Shown: in pieces, positions 39,860-49,161 of the stretch
Position numbering within the stretch: the stretch's first letter is position 1
Layout of the letters: every line of letters starts with the position of its first letter
Source: Waddliaceae bacterium
Lineage (GTDB): Bacteria > Chlamydiota > Chlamydiia > Chlamydiales > SLOH01
Direction of reading: 5' to 3'
Assembly (NCBI GenBank): GCA_040880105.1
Contig: JBBDJA010000020.1
Coordinates: 1 to 64,000 of the forward strand
DNA length: 64,000 bases
The notes under the pieces: model-generated
The model's input: the letters and a program-made list of their open reading frames with translations, nothing else
The model's database searches: none
What the model was told of the DNA's origin: nothing
Position numbers and translations under genes: made by a program

Positions 39860-42800
39860 TTCAAATAAGTCTCTTGAAATTCTTGGCTGAGCATTCGGAA
39901 GACTTCATAATAGGTGTGGCCGAGAATGAAGTGATCGATAAGCGGGAATCCCTCATTAAAGGAGCCGACCCATTGAATATTACCCTTCGTATTGAAAAAT
40001 GACCGAATGGATTCATAGGGGCTTAAGACGTAGGCAATGTCTCTACAACTGATATAATGTGTGAGGCTTTCAAAATCGCTATCTTGAAAAAATGAGGCGG
40101 AAGCAACGGTAATCACGCGGATCATTCTCTTCTCTTCAGCGGTGAGAAGGTGGCTTGCTGTTTGTGTGACGCAGCCGCCTAAGCTGTGAGCGTAGTGAAT
40201 AATGAGGCCTCCTCCATCGACACCTCCCATCTGCTTGATGAGTTTTTTCCACGTTCGAGCCAGAAGTTTAGCCTCATTTGTCACATAGCCGGCTTTCAGC
40301 AAAATTGCCTTCACTATGTCATGTGTCCATCCCGAAGAGGAGTCGAAGATGTAGTGGATATTCATTCCGCCGTGTAAATCACCGAGAATCGCCAGATTAT
40401 TTTTATAATCAAGACGGGCGTTCATAATCCCGTTGACAAGTGTAATCCGTACTTTTTCATTTAGCTCACCCTTGCCAAATATCCCCGCCTCGGAGATATC
40501 TTGGAAATATCCGCTAAGGTGAAGAACCCCGCTACCGAAGACTCCTTTTGCAAGTTCATCAAATTCGGTGCGCATGTTTTCCATATAACCGAATTTGTCA
40601 CGAAATACATTCATGCTGCGTTGAATGGAATCGTAGATATACTGAGTTCCATTCCATAGCGCATGCCACCCGTCAGAAAAAGTGAAGCCACCAAAAAGGT
40701 CATTGTAATTGAGCGGATTGTTAAGACAAAAGCAGTAGCGATTTAAGCTGTCTATATGGCCAAGGGGGTCTTTTGTGGTCCATTGCCCAAGGTGGGGGGC
40801 GTAATCTCGTTTTCCAAAAAATATTAACTGTGTGTGCGGATCGACACGTTTGGATTTATAGCGCCACGGAATGAGGCGCGCACTATTTTCTTGTTTGAAG
40901 GGGGTGTATTCATACGTTTCGCTTATCTCTTTTGTAGAGTCGATGATGCAGCCAATCGAGTGAAACAGCGTATTGATGACCCCGAAGGAGTTTTGTGCCG
41001 ATTCAAATGCAATTGCAAGCTCGGCTCCTGCTTGTGGGATTAGCAAACGAAAATGGATCTGCTCACCATGTTCATTTAGCGTTGCAATGTCATGCATATC
41101 GTCATAAAGGTAGAACTCTTTTTCAGATCCGAATGTTTTACTTAATCTGCGACCCAAAAAGTCATAGGAGTAGTGAATCGTCTCTTTTTCATCGATGATT
41201 ACCTTTGTTAAGCGGCCCATGGCATCATAAAAGTATAGGCGACCCTCTTCTTCGATGAGATTTCCATTTGCGTCGAAGAGTCTCTTCAAACAATCCATAG
41301 GTTTGTTTTCAATTTCTCCTGAGGGGCAGTAGGAGATGCACTCTTCCTTTTCATTTGTTTTGATATATGTGACTTGTCCCTCTTCATCTCGCTTTAGCGA
41401 TTGAGAATAATGTTCAGAATCGACTGCGCAGATTCTCCCCATTTCATCATATGCGTAATGAACAGTCCCGTGAAGTTTAGGGCAATCTGTGTGTGTGAGT
41501 TTACCTTGAGTGTCGTAGAAAAAATCTTGAAAATAGAGAGCTTCTCCTTCTGGATTTTGGCGAGTAACCGTTTTCAGTTGGCAAGTGTCGTATGTATATT
41601 GAATTTTCGATCTGTCCGGAAGGATTGCCCCTATTCGCCTGCCTAAGAGATCGTACCGATACTGCATTTTTGCCCCGCAGGGAAAGATCTCTTCGATTAA
41701 TCGCCCATCTGTATCATAGCATCTTGTCGTCACTTCACCTGAAAGACGATCCGTCATTTGAATCGGTTGATTGTAAGAATTATAAGTGACTGCGTAATCG
41801 ACACTCCTATCGCTAGAATAAAGCGCGGTAATTGCTCCTAAGTCATTATACTCATAGTTAATATGAACCCCATTGGGCTGTGTCATTTTGCATAGAAGCC
41901 CATCTTTTCTATATGAGTAATAGCTCGCCGATCCCTCTTCTATTTGAGCAATTAATCGGTCCATACTATCGTATTGCCATACGATAGAGGGGCGACTATC
42001 TGCCCTTTCTTCTATCTTATTCCCAACTAGATCGTAAAGGAATGAGAGGCGTGAGACCTCATTTCCAAGAGGGTCTCTCGTAATGATTGTCTCCAGTTGG
42101 TTCATGGCATCATAAATTAAGGTCTGGCTACTGCCATTTTTTTTTACGATGACTTTTTTTGAAACGGTTTGTCCGCGGTCGTTGATGTGATTTAAGTCTT
42201 TTTTCAGGGCCGGTGCGTCCATTTCGGGTGCTTTCTTATTTTCTTGTCGAATCACACCAGACGCATCTCCGATCTTACTTAAGATAAGCCGCCGCTCTTG
42301 ATCGTAATGAAAGCAGTTAAGAAAAAAGTCGTTTTCACCGGGGCCAAACCACTCCTTTTTTGTTTCAATGTCGCCACTTGGATTATATGTCAGCTCGACT
42401 TTCGACTCGCCGTTAATAATCGCGGTCTCTCTTCCGCATCCGTCATAGAAAAAATGGGTTTGCTTTCCATCCAAACGAATTTTTTGGAGAGGATGAAAGG
42501 CTGTGGACTCTATATGATAGCCATCAAGGACTTTATCATCGGAAGAATAGAGTGTCTCATCTGATACCCGCCCTAAAGCATCGTATGAGTAAAGAGTGTA
42601 CAGGCCGCTCCTTGCAGTTGCTTTTTTCTTGGTACCATCTAAATTGTAGATGTATGTCTCTTCAGATCCATCAGGATAGAGGAACTTTGTTGGCTGACCG
42701 CGAGCATTGTATGCGATGGAGGTCTCTCTTCCCTCTGCGTCAATTTTTTTGGTCACCTGATCAAAGATATTATATTTAAGATGTGTCTTGGGGACCCCGC

Positions 42801-44460
42801 TTTTAACAAGCGGATGCACAATCACAGTTTTCCTTCCGAGAGAGTCGAGAGTAAAGGTTGTCCAATTCCCGTTCGAATCACAACTGCCGATTTGACGGCC
42901 TAAATCGTCGTATCGATACTGAGCACTGCGCGTTTCCCCACTCACGCTTGTCTCCTCTTGCATGATCAGTCGATGATTTTGATCATAGATATATTCAGAG
43001 GTTCCTTTTTCATTGGATTGATAGACCAAATTTCCGAAAGGGTCGTATTCCGCCTCTTCAATTCCGTGATTCGTCTCTTTTCTAATGAGACGGCCGCACT
43101 GATCGTATGTATTCGTCTCGCCGGAAATTCTCTCTAAATTGCGATTGAAAATCTCACGCTGAATACATTCACCGTTTTCTGAATACGTGCTAAGGACTCT
43201 AGAGGCTAACACCTCTTCTTGAGTCGAAGGGTCTAGGTATAAATACTCAATTTGCCCATCTGAATACCGAGTAATTTTTCGCTCATGCACCCCGGATAAA
43301 TTCTCGCGCTGCTTGCATCTTCCATCATCTATAATCTCTTCGCAAAGATTGCCCTTTTCATCATAAAGGTAAAATTGGCGGATTGTTAGGTGGTCCGGGG
43401 TGGTTAAAAATTGAGCTGTCTTTCTAAGGGTTTTATTTTCATATTGGAAGTCCATCCGACTGCCGTTCGGATAGAAGATCGTTTGAAGAGCAAATGGAGC
43501 CTTTTGACTGTAACGAAATTTGATGAGATTGCATTCAATCCCATTTTCTTGAGGCATTCCGTTATTTTGAAGCTTTAGGGGCGCCTTGCACTCTCCGCTT
43601 AAATTCCCATAGAGACCTTTTGCGATGACTCTTCCGGTTTTATCATAGGCAAATGTCTGACACTGCAGGATCTGCCCCCCGGACTCCTCTTTTGTTTTAC
43701 TGATTATCCGACGGTGCGAATCGTAAAATAGGCGGGTGACACGATACGGATTTTCATTTAGATACTCTTCTATCCGTGTCAGCTGATAATTGTCGTGATG
43801 ATAGATCGTTTTATTTCGAAGGCCATTTAAAACTTCTGTGACCCCCATTGAATATGTAAACTCAAAGAGTCCTCCCTCCTGAGAGAGAAGCGTTTTTACT
43901 TTTCCACTTGCATCGTACTCCACGCGCATAGTCTCCCTGTCAGATTTTATCTGTTTAGAAATCAGGAGTTTGCGCTCTTTGGGGTGCGGCGTGTATTCGT
44001 ATTTAATGTTCATTCCTTTTGAGGAAATGATGCTTTGGATGTAAACGCCTTTTGTGAGACGTGCGGGGCTAGATGGAAGAAAACGGTACTCAATCCAGTC
44101 TCCGCTTTTTGACTCTATCCGACAGCTATCGCCTTGATAATGGATAAAAAGTGTCTCTCCATTTTCCTGTTTGACCTGATTCAAACGACCTTCATCATCA
44201 AAAGAGTACTGCTCGCTTTCACTCGCTTCATGTTCTTTGAATGGGAAATTCGGGAGATTGAATACCCAGCCGGAACTCTTTAAGTCAGAGGAGTGTCTGC
44301 AAATCGAGAAGAGGTCGGTCTGTTTTTCACAGTAATCGCCCGTAATGACATTGACTGTTTCAAAAATATATGAAGATGTTGGGTCATGATCAAGAAGGGG
44401 AGTCTCAGCTAAAATGAAAAGAGGAAATAGAAGGAGTGTAAATATAAATTGTAATTGCAT
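39856..44460 (-). CDS. RHS/YD-repeat protein with signal peptide and C-terminal alpha/beta-hydrolase-like (DUF687-like) domain
   Basis: Many YDxxGR repeats; core RDYAPHLGQWTTKDPLG...NNPLNYNDLFG; C-terminal AHSLGG. Start 44460 (MQLQ) preferred; 44490 possible. Confidence 0.9.
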   Translation of the reverse strand: MQLQFIFTLLLFPLFILAETPLLDHDPTSSYIFETVNVITGDYCEKQTDLFSICRHSSDLKSSGWVFNLPNFPFKEHEASESEQYSFDDEGRLNQVKQENGETLFIHYQGDSCRIESKSGDWIEYRFLPSSPARLTKGVYIQSIISSKGMNIKYEYTPHPKERKLLISKQIKSDRETMRVEYDASGKVKTLLSQEGGLFEFTYSMGVTEVLNGLRNKTIYHHDNYQLTRIEEYLNENPYRVTRLFYDSHRRIISKTKEESGGQILQCQTFAYDKTGRVIAKGLYGNLSGECKAPLKLQNNGMPQENGIECNLIKFRYSQKAPFALQTIFYPNGSRMDFQYENKTLRKTAQFLTTPDHLTIRQFYLYDEKGNLCEEIIDDGRCKQRENLSGVHERKITRYSDGQIEYLYLDPSTQEEVLASRVLSTYSENGECIQREIFNRNLERISGETNTYDQCGRLIRKETNHGIEEAEYDPFGNLVYQSNEKGTSEYIYDQNHRLIMQEETSVSGETRSAQYRYDDLGRQIGSCDSNGNWTTFTLDSLGRKTVIVHPLVKSGVPKTHLKYNIFDQVTKKIDAEGRETSIAYNARGQPTKFLYPDGSEETYIYNLDGTKKKATARSGLYTLYSYDALGRVSDETLYSSDDKVLDGYHIESTAFHPLQKIRLDGKQTHFFYDGCGRETAIINGESKVELTYNPSGDIETKKEWFGPGENDFFLNCFHYDQERRLILSKIGDASGVIRQENKKAPEMDAPALKKDLNHINDRGQTVSKKVIVKKNGSSQTLIYDAMNQLETIITRDPLGNEVSRLSFLYDLVGNKIEERADSRPSIVWQYDSMDRLIAQIEEGSASYYSYRKDGLLCKMTQPNGVHINYEYNDLGAITALYSSDRSVDYAVTYNSYNQPIQMTDRLSGEVTTRCYDTDGRLIEEIFPCGAKMQYRYDLLGRRIGAILPDRSKIQYTYDTCQLKTVTRQNPEGEALYFQDFFYDTQGKLTHTDCPKLHGTVHYAYDEMGRICAVDSEHYSQSLKRDEEGQVTYIKTNEKEECISYCPSGEIENKPMDCLKRLFDANGNLIEEEGRLYFYDAMGRLTKVIIDEKETIHYSYDFLGRRLSKTFGSEKEFYLYDDMHDIATLNEHGEQIHFRLLIPQAGAELAIAFESAQNSFGVINTLFHSIGCIIDSTKEISETYEYTPFKQENSARLIPWRYKSKRVDPHTQLIFFGKRDYAPHLGQWTTKDPLGHIDSLNRYCFCLNNPLNYNDLFGGFTFSDGWHALWNGTQYIYDSIQRSMNVFRDKFGYMENMRTEFDELAKGVFGSGVLHLSGYFQDISEAGIFGKGELNEKVRITLVNGIMNARLDYKNNLAILGDLHGGMNIHYIFDSSSGWTHDIVKAILLKAGYVTNEAKLLARTWKKLIKQMGGVDGGGLIIHYAHSLGGCVTQTASHLLTAEEKRMIRVITVASASFFQDSDFESLTHYISCRDIAYVLSPYESIRSFFNTKGNIQWVGSFNEGFPLIDHFILGHTYYEVFRMLSQEFQETYLN

Positions 44461-44548
44461 TTTTAAATTATTAATTTTGTGGCGAATCATAAATGAAATC
44501 TATTTTTTATTGAAGAAACCTTTTGTATGTGATATATTTGTTCTCCAT

Positions 44549-45736
44549 ATGACGACTGAAATATTTATTAATACAAAAGCAAGAAGTCTATGGAGCGGGA
44601 TGCTTCTCATTGCAACCACCTGCATTGGGGCCGGAATGATCGCTCTTCCTTCAATGACAGGGCTTGCCGGATTTTTACCGGCTTTTGTAGTGACGACCCT
44701 TTGCTGGCTCATGATGTCTGCAACAGGCCTTCTTTTTCTTGAAGCCGTTCTTTGGCTGCCGGACGGCTCTAACCTCCTTTCACTCTCCGAGGCGTTTTTA
44801 GGAAAGAAAGCACGTTACTTAGCAGGATTCCTCTTTATCTTTCTTTATACCTGCTTGCTCGTCGCGTATATTTCAGGGGGAGCTCCTCTATTTTCTTCTA
44901 TTATTGGAGTCCAGCCCACTTTAGGTTACTTCCTTTTTACAGCTCTCTTTGGGGGAATCGTTTGGCTTGGCTCAAAAGCCGTCGATCGGATTAACTGGAT
45001 TTTAGTTGTTGGTTTGGTTGCTACTTTTGTCGTTTTGATTTTTTTAGGAAGTCAGGAAGTTCAGTCTCAATTTCTTGAAAGGCAGAACTGGAGTTGGGGT
45101 CTTTTAGCGCTTCCGATTCTTTTCAGCGCCTTCGGTTTTCATAATGTGATCCCCTCTGTTGCGAAATATCTAAAAGGAGATGCCAGAAAGCTTCGGACAG
45201 CTGTCATCCTCGGCGCTTTAATTCCCTATATTTTTTATCTCTCATGGCAGTGGGTTGTAATTGGAATGGTTTCTGAAGAGCGGCTGATTTACTCACAGGA
45301 AAGCGGAGTTCCGGTCACGCAGCTCTTAGAGTCTATCACGGGTAACCCTTTGATACTCTCTGTTAGCGCTTTCTTTGGGTTTTTTGCCATGGTGACTTCT
45401 CTACTAGGTGTCTCTCTCTCGATGGTGGATTTTTATGCCGATGGTTTTAAAAACACAAATCGAGGGCTTCTCACTTTTCTTGTGTTTATTCCCCCACTAT
45501 TTTTCACTCTTAATCAGCCAGGTCTTTTTGTAACCGCTCTTGGTTATGCAGGTGGGTTTGGTGAGGTGATCCTCAATTGTCTATTTCCGATCGCGATGGT
45601 ATGGGTGGGCAGGTATCAAATGGGACTCCCTTCTAAAGTCGCACTTTTTGGCGGCAAGCCGCTGCTTATCTTACTGATCCTCTTCTCATTCTTTATTATG
45701 GGTCTTGAAGGATATATTCTGCTGCAAAGTCACTAA
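44549..45736 (+). CDS. tyrP: Aromatic amino acid permease (TyrP/Mtr family)
   Basis: LLIATTCIGAGMIALP, AFGFHNVIPS, TSLLGV, ALGYAGG. Confidence 0.85.
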   Translation: MTTEIFINTKARSLWSGMLLIATTCIGAGMIALPSMTGLAGFLPAFVVTTLCWLMMSATGLLFLEAVLWLPDGSNLLSLSEAFLGKKARYLAGFLFIFLYTCLLVAYISGGAPLFSSIIGVQPTLGYFLFTALFGGIVWLGSKAVDRINWILVVGLVATFVVLIFLGSQEVQSQFLERQNWSWGLLALPILFSAFGFHNVIPSVAKYLKGDARKLRTAVILGALIPYIFYLSWQWVVIGMVSEERLIYSQESGVPVTQLLESITGNPLILSVSAFFGFFAMVTSLLGVSLSMVDFYADGFKNTNRGLLTFLVFIPPLFFTLNQPGLFVTALGYAGGFGEVILNCLFPIAMVWVGRYQMGLPSKVALFGGKPLLILLILFSFFIMGLEGYILLQSH

Positions 45737-45858
45737 CGGAGCCGCTCATTAAATAGAGGAGCCCCTTATCGAATAGCTAAGGTCGACTCTGTTTTCAAAT
45801 TTCAGTAAAAATTGATCCAAAATTTTACACGCCTGAATGACCCGGATTTTTTAAGGTA

Positions 45859-46698
45859 TTATTTATCAGCGGTTAAAATAAAGACGTATTCGATTTCGTC
45901 TAGATTCTCAACAACAGGCTCCGCTTCAATGTCAAAGTAAAAATCTCCCTCTTGCAGGGGAATGATTCGGCTGACTTTGGCCACGCGAAGCCCCTTGGGA
46001 AAGACGCCGTCCATACCGGTTGTGACAAGCAGATCGCCCTCTTCAACAAGATGAATCGGTGGGGTATTTGGCGGCGCGTCGTACGGAAGGCCTGTTCTTA
46101 AGTCTTTTGCAGGTCCATATTCATCGGCAAAATCATAGTTAAACCCACTACCCTTTAGTGTGTACCTTTGACTCCTTCCTAAGCTGTGAGAAGAGCCGTG
46201 TAGCTCGCCTTTTGCAAGGGAGAGCTCCTCGCGGATGACACGTGTTGAGGGATGAAGGTCCGGGTCTGTAATCAGGCGTACTAACGACTTATGAGGCCCG
46301 ACAAAATCGATCACCCCAATCGCTGCGTCTCCGAGGACGACAGGGCAATTTTTTTCAATAGATGTATCGTCATCAGATCCCATATTGACCCAAAAAGAGG
46401 ATCTCCAACTGGATTTGGGTCGATAAATCACTTTTGCCTGGATTGGAGGCTTCGTTTGAATGGCCGATTCTGTTTGGTTAAGAGCGGATTTTAACTTTTG
46501 AATATTTTCTTTAAGAGCGTGATTTTCTAGCTGAAGCAATTGAATGGCAAGTCGCTCTTCGCTTGGCGCTTCCTTATGCTCTTTAGAAAAAAAGGAGACA
46601 AATGTGGACCGAAACCTCGTTTGAGCCGGCTGTTTCAAGCTGATTAGCAAGAGAAGTAAAGCGGCAAGGAGCAGATAGGGAAGGTATGTTTTTTTCAT
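45859..46698 (-). CDS. mreC: Rod shape-determining protein MreC
   Basis: TM helix, coiled coil LQLENHALK, VRLITD, GDLLVTTGMDGVFPKGLRVAKV. Confidence 0.88.
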   Translation of the reverse strand: MKKTYLPYLLLAALLLLLISLKQPAQTRFRSTFVSFFSKEHKEAPSEERLAIQLLQLENHALKENIQKLKSALNQTESAIQTKPPIQAKVIYRPKSSWRSSFWVNMGSDDDTSIEKNCPVVLGDAAIGVIDFVGPHKSLVRLITDPDLHPSTRVIREELSLAKGELHGSSHSLGRSQRYTLKGSGFNYDFADEYGPAKDLRTGLPYDAPPNTPPIHLVEEGDLLVTTGMDGVFPKGLRVAKVSRIIPLQEGDFYFDIEAEPVVENLDEIEYVFILTADK

Positions 46699-47882
46699 TG
46701 TACGTGTAATAAAGCGTCAATCGCAAGTTCCATATTTTGCGTATTTAATCCTGCAAAATTGATTCTACCGCTTTTTGGCATATAGACGCCGTAAGTCTTT
46801 TTAAGTTTTTCCACTTGATCGTGACTAAGACCTGTAAGGGAAAACATCCCGTTTTGTTTTTTAAAGAACGTTACATCTTGCTTGAAGCCTCGGTCCGTTA
46901 GCCCTGTTGCAAATTCACTGCGCATTTTGATGATGCGCTCTCTCATCTGGTTAAGCTCAATCAGCCACTGTTTTTTAAGCGATTCCGATTGAAGAATGGT
47001 TGTGACAATACGGGAGGCGTGTATAGGAGGTGAGGAGTAATTTCGTCTAATCAATGTCTTGAGCTGGCTTAAAGGAGCGGCTATAGACTGACTCTCGTTA
47101 AGAAGAAATAGCAAAGCCCCCACCCGCTCGCCATAGAGACCGAGATTCTTAGAAAAACTCACAGCCACCATCAGTTCGTGTCCCTGTTTTGCAAAGAGCC
47201 GGATTGGGAACGAATCTTTATGAAAATTATCCCCAAATCCTTGATACGCATTATCGAAAATGGGGAAAAGTCCGCGAGCTTTTACAATCTGAGAGAGCGT
47301 TTCCCACTCTGTATCTGTCGGATCTTGGCCGGTTGGATTATGACAACACGTGTGAAAGAGGATTAAACTCCCTCTTGGCATCTTCTCGATCTCTTCGCAC
47401 ATGCGTGAGAAATTAAGGGAATGATCGGTCGGGTTATAGTATGTGTAGTGGTCAATTTCAAGACCGATTCGATCAAAGATTCCCGTGTGGTTTGGCCACG
47501 TGGGGGTAGGTAGGTAGATTTTTTTACATCCGTTTTCTTTTAGAAGCTCACCACCCATTCGAAGCGCTCCGCTTCCTCCGATGGTTTGCGCTCCAAATAG
47601 ACGGTCGCCAAAACCCTCCCCTAAGACAATCGATGCGACACTTTGAATAAACTCTTGTTTTCCAATGATCGGTAGATACTCTTTATCGAGGTTTTGCTCC
47701 CAAATAATTTTCTCAGCGGTTCTCACACATTCTAAGACGAAGGGAGCACCTTCAGATGTGCAATATGTTCCGACACCTAGATTGACTTTGTCAGCCCTCT
47801 GATCGTTATTAAACGCAACAGTGAGTCCCAGTATAGGATCTGCGGGGTGTTCTTCGAGGTTTTGGAAAAAAGAGTGTGTCAT
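46695..47882 (-). CDS. aspC: Aspartate/aromatic aminotransferase
   Basis: PADPILGL, KVNLGVG, CCHNPTG, DNAYQGF, SFSKNLGLYGERVG; true start MTHSFF at 47882. Confidence 0.93.
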   Translation of the reverse strand: MTHSFFQNLEEHPADPILGLTVAFNNDQRADKVNLGVGTYCTSEGAPFVLECVRTAEKIIWEQNLDKEYLPIIGKQEFIQSVASIVLGEGFGDRLFGAQTIGGSGALRMGGELLKENGCKKIYLPTPTWPNHTGIFDRIGLEIDHYTYYNPTDHSLNFSRMCEEIEKMPRGSLILFHTCCHNPTGQDPTDTEWETLSQIVKARGLFPIFDNAYQGFGDNFHKDSFPIRLFAKQGHELMVAVSFSKNLGLYGERVGALLFLLNESQSIAAPLSQLKTLIRRNYSSPPIHASRIVTTILQSESLKKQWLIELNQMRERIIKMRSEFATGLTDRGFKQDVTFFKKQNGMFSLTGLSHDQVEKLKKTYGVYMPKSGRINFAGLNTQNMELAIDALLHVQ

Positions 47883-47938
47883 GAGATGCATCCCTTTGGG
47901 TAAATATGCATCATAATTGAATAGAGGATAAGGTTCAA

Positions 47939-48011
47939 TGGAGCGTAACGGAGTCGAACCGTTGACCTCAACAATGCCATTGTTGCGCTCTACCAACTGA
48001 GCTAACGCCCC
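47939..48011 (-). tRNA. tRNA-Ala(GGC)
   Basis: GGGGCGT/ACGCTCC acceptor with G3:U70, anticodon arm CAACA-ATGGCAT-TGTTG, GGTTCGACTCC. Confidence 0.96.
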
Positions 48012-48059
48012 AAAATGAGGTTAAATGATATCTTGTCTAGGGGATTTCAGTAAAGAATT

Positions 48060-48551
48060 TTAGTCGTATGAATCAATGTCACGACTAAATTTCTCAAGGT
48101 AGTAATCAAAGGTCGACTCTCTTTTCTGATGAGTAGGAGCTTTGGACTTGAGAGGAGGCGTTCGTTTCGTTTTTTTCTTTGCAAGTTTTTGAGTAAACTT
48201 CTCAACGCTTTGTGTATGCACTCCAAGCCCTTTTGCGCGCCTAGCAAGACCCTTATCCGATGTGACTAGTGTGATCAGTTTGGGATTTCCCATATGAGGG
48301 AGGTAATCGATGATGTAGTCATCTGCTGACTCGCCTGATGCTGTATAGTGGACTTCAAGATCACCTAAGTGAGAGCGGTTAATATCATGTTCATGAAGCG
48401 CCCCGTCAAATACAATGGCAATCTCTTTTGTCTTTGCCAGGACTTGGAGTTCCGCTAGTAGTTCATTTCGCCTATCTTGCAGTGGTTGATCTTCCAATGA
48501 TTCTCTAAAAAGAAAATTGTAACCGTCAATCACATACTGCATTAGCTTCAA
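48060..48551 (-). CDS. NYN-domain (YacP/Rae1-like) RNase
   Basis: IDGYN, IVFDG, SADDYI, VTSD. Confidence 0.85.
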   Translation of the reverse strand: MKLMQYVIDGYNFLFRESLEDQPLQDRRNELLAELQVLAKTKEIAIVFDGALHEHDINRSHLGDLEVHYTASGESADDYIIDYLPHMGNPKLITLVTSDKGLARRAKGLGVHTQSVEKFTQKLAKKKTKRTPPLKSKAPTHQKRESTFDYYLEKFSRDIDSYD

Positions 48552-49152
48552 AGTAAATCGTTTTAATATGCTCCAGCGTGGGAATCATTTTTTCAAATGC
48601 CTTCCCTCGGTGTGAGATGACAATTTTTGTCGCTTCCGGAAGTTGGGCAAATGTCTTGTCATAATCATATTTAAGGAAAAGAGGGTCGTAGCCAAATCCG
48701 CTGCCACCCCTCTCTTCTTCTACGATTTGTCCTTCACATTTTCCGGATACAGATTTTATGATTCGATCCGGAGACGCCAGAACGAGGACGCACTCGTAAT
48801 AAGCCGAGCGATCAATATCGGCAAACCCTTCCATTTCGTCTAAGAGCTTTCTTCTGTTTTCCCTGTCTGTCGCCTCTTCACCGGCGTACCTGGCGGAGTA
48901 TACCCCGGGGGAGTTATTGAGTTTGGGAACGACAAGTCCTGAGTCATCTGCAACAACATAGTGACCTAGTTTTTCCGCAGCGTCTTTAGCCTTAATCTCT
49001 GCATTTTCTTTAAAAGAGTCACCGGTTTCTAAAGGAAGTTTATATTTTGGAAAATCATGAAGCGACAACACGTCAAATTGTTTCAATGGTTTGAACAATG
49101 TGCGAAACTCACGGATTTTGTGCGAATTATGGCTAGCGATCACAATTTTCAT
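48526..49152 (-). CDS. rdgB: Non-canonical purine NTP pyrophosphatase
   Basis: ADDSGL, PGVYSARYAG, GFGYDPLF, SHRGKA. Confidence 0.96.
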   Translation of the reverse strand: MKIVIASHNSHKIREFRTLFKPLKQFDVLSLHDFPKYKLPLETGDSFKENAEIKAKDAAEKLGHYVVADDSGLVVPKLNNSPGVYSARYAGEEATDRENRRKLLDEMEGFADIDRSAYYECVLVLASPDRIIKSVSGKCEGQIVEEERGGSGFGYDPLFLKYDYDKTFAQLPEATKIVISHRGKAFEKMIPTLEHIKTIYFEANAVCD

Positions 49153-49161
49153 GAAATATCC

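Noticed and set aside
36995..44460. tRNA-Arg-anchored genomic island carrying MFS and RHS genes
   Set aside because: No integrase, no duplicated tRNA 3' end, and the genes lie on the 5' side of the tRNA
45758..45856. Possible fifth, very decayed copy of the palindromic element (GGAGCCCCTT..., CAAATTTCAGTAAAAA, AAAATTTTACACGCCTGA)
   Set aside because: Similarity too patchy in AT-rich DNA to support by eye
47883..47996. N-terminal extension of aspC in the ORF track
   Set aside because: It runs through tRNA-Ala(GGC); the real start is near 47882
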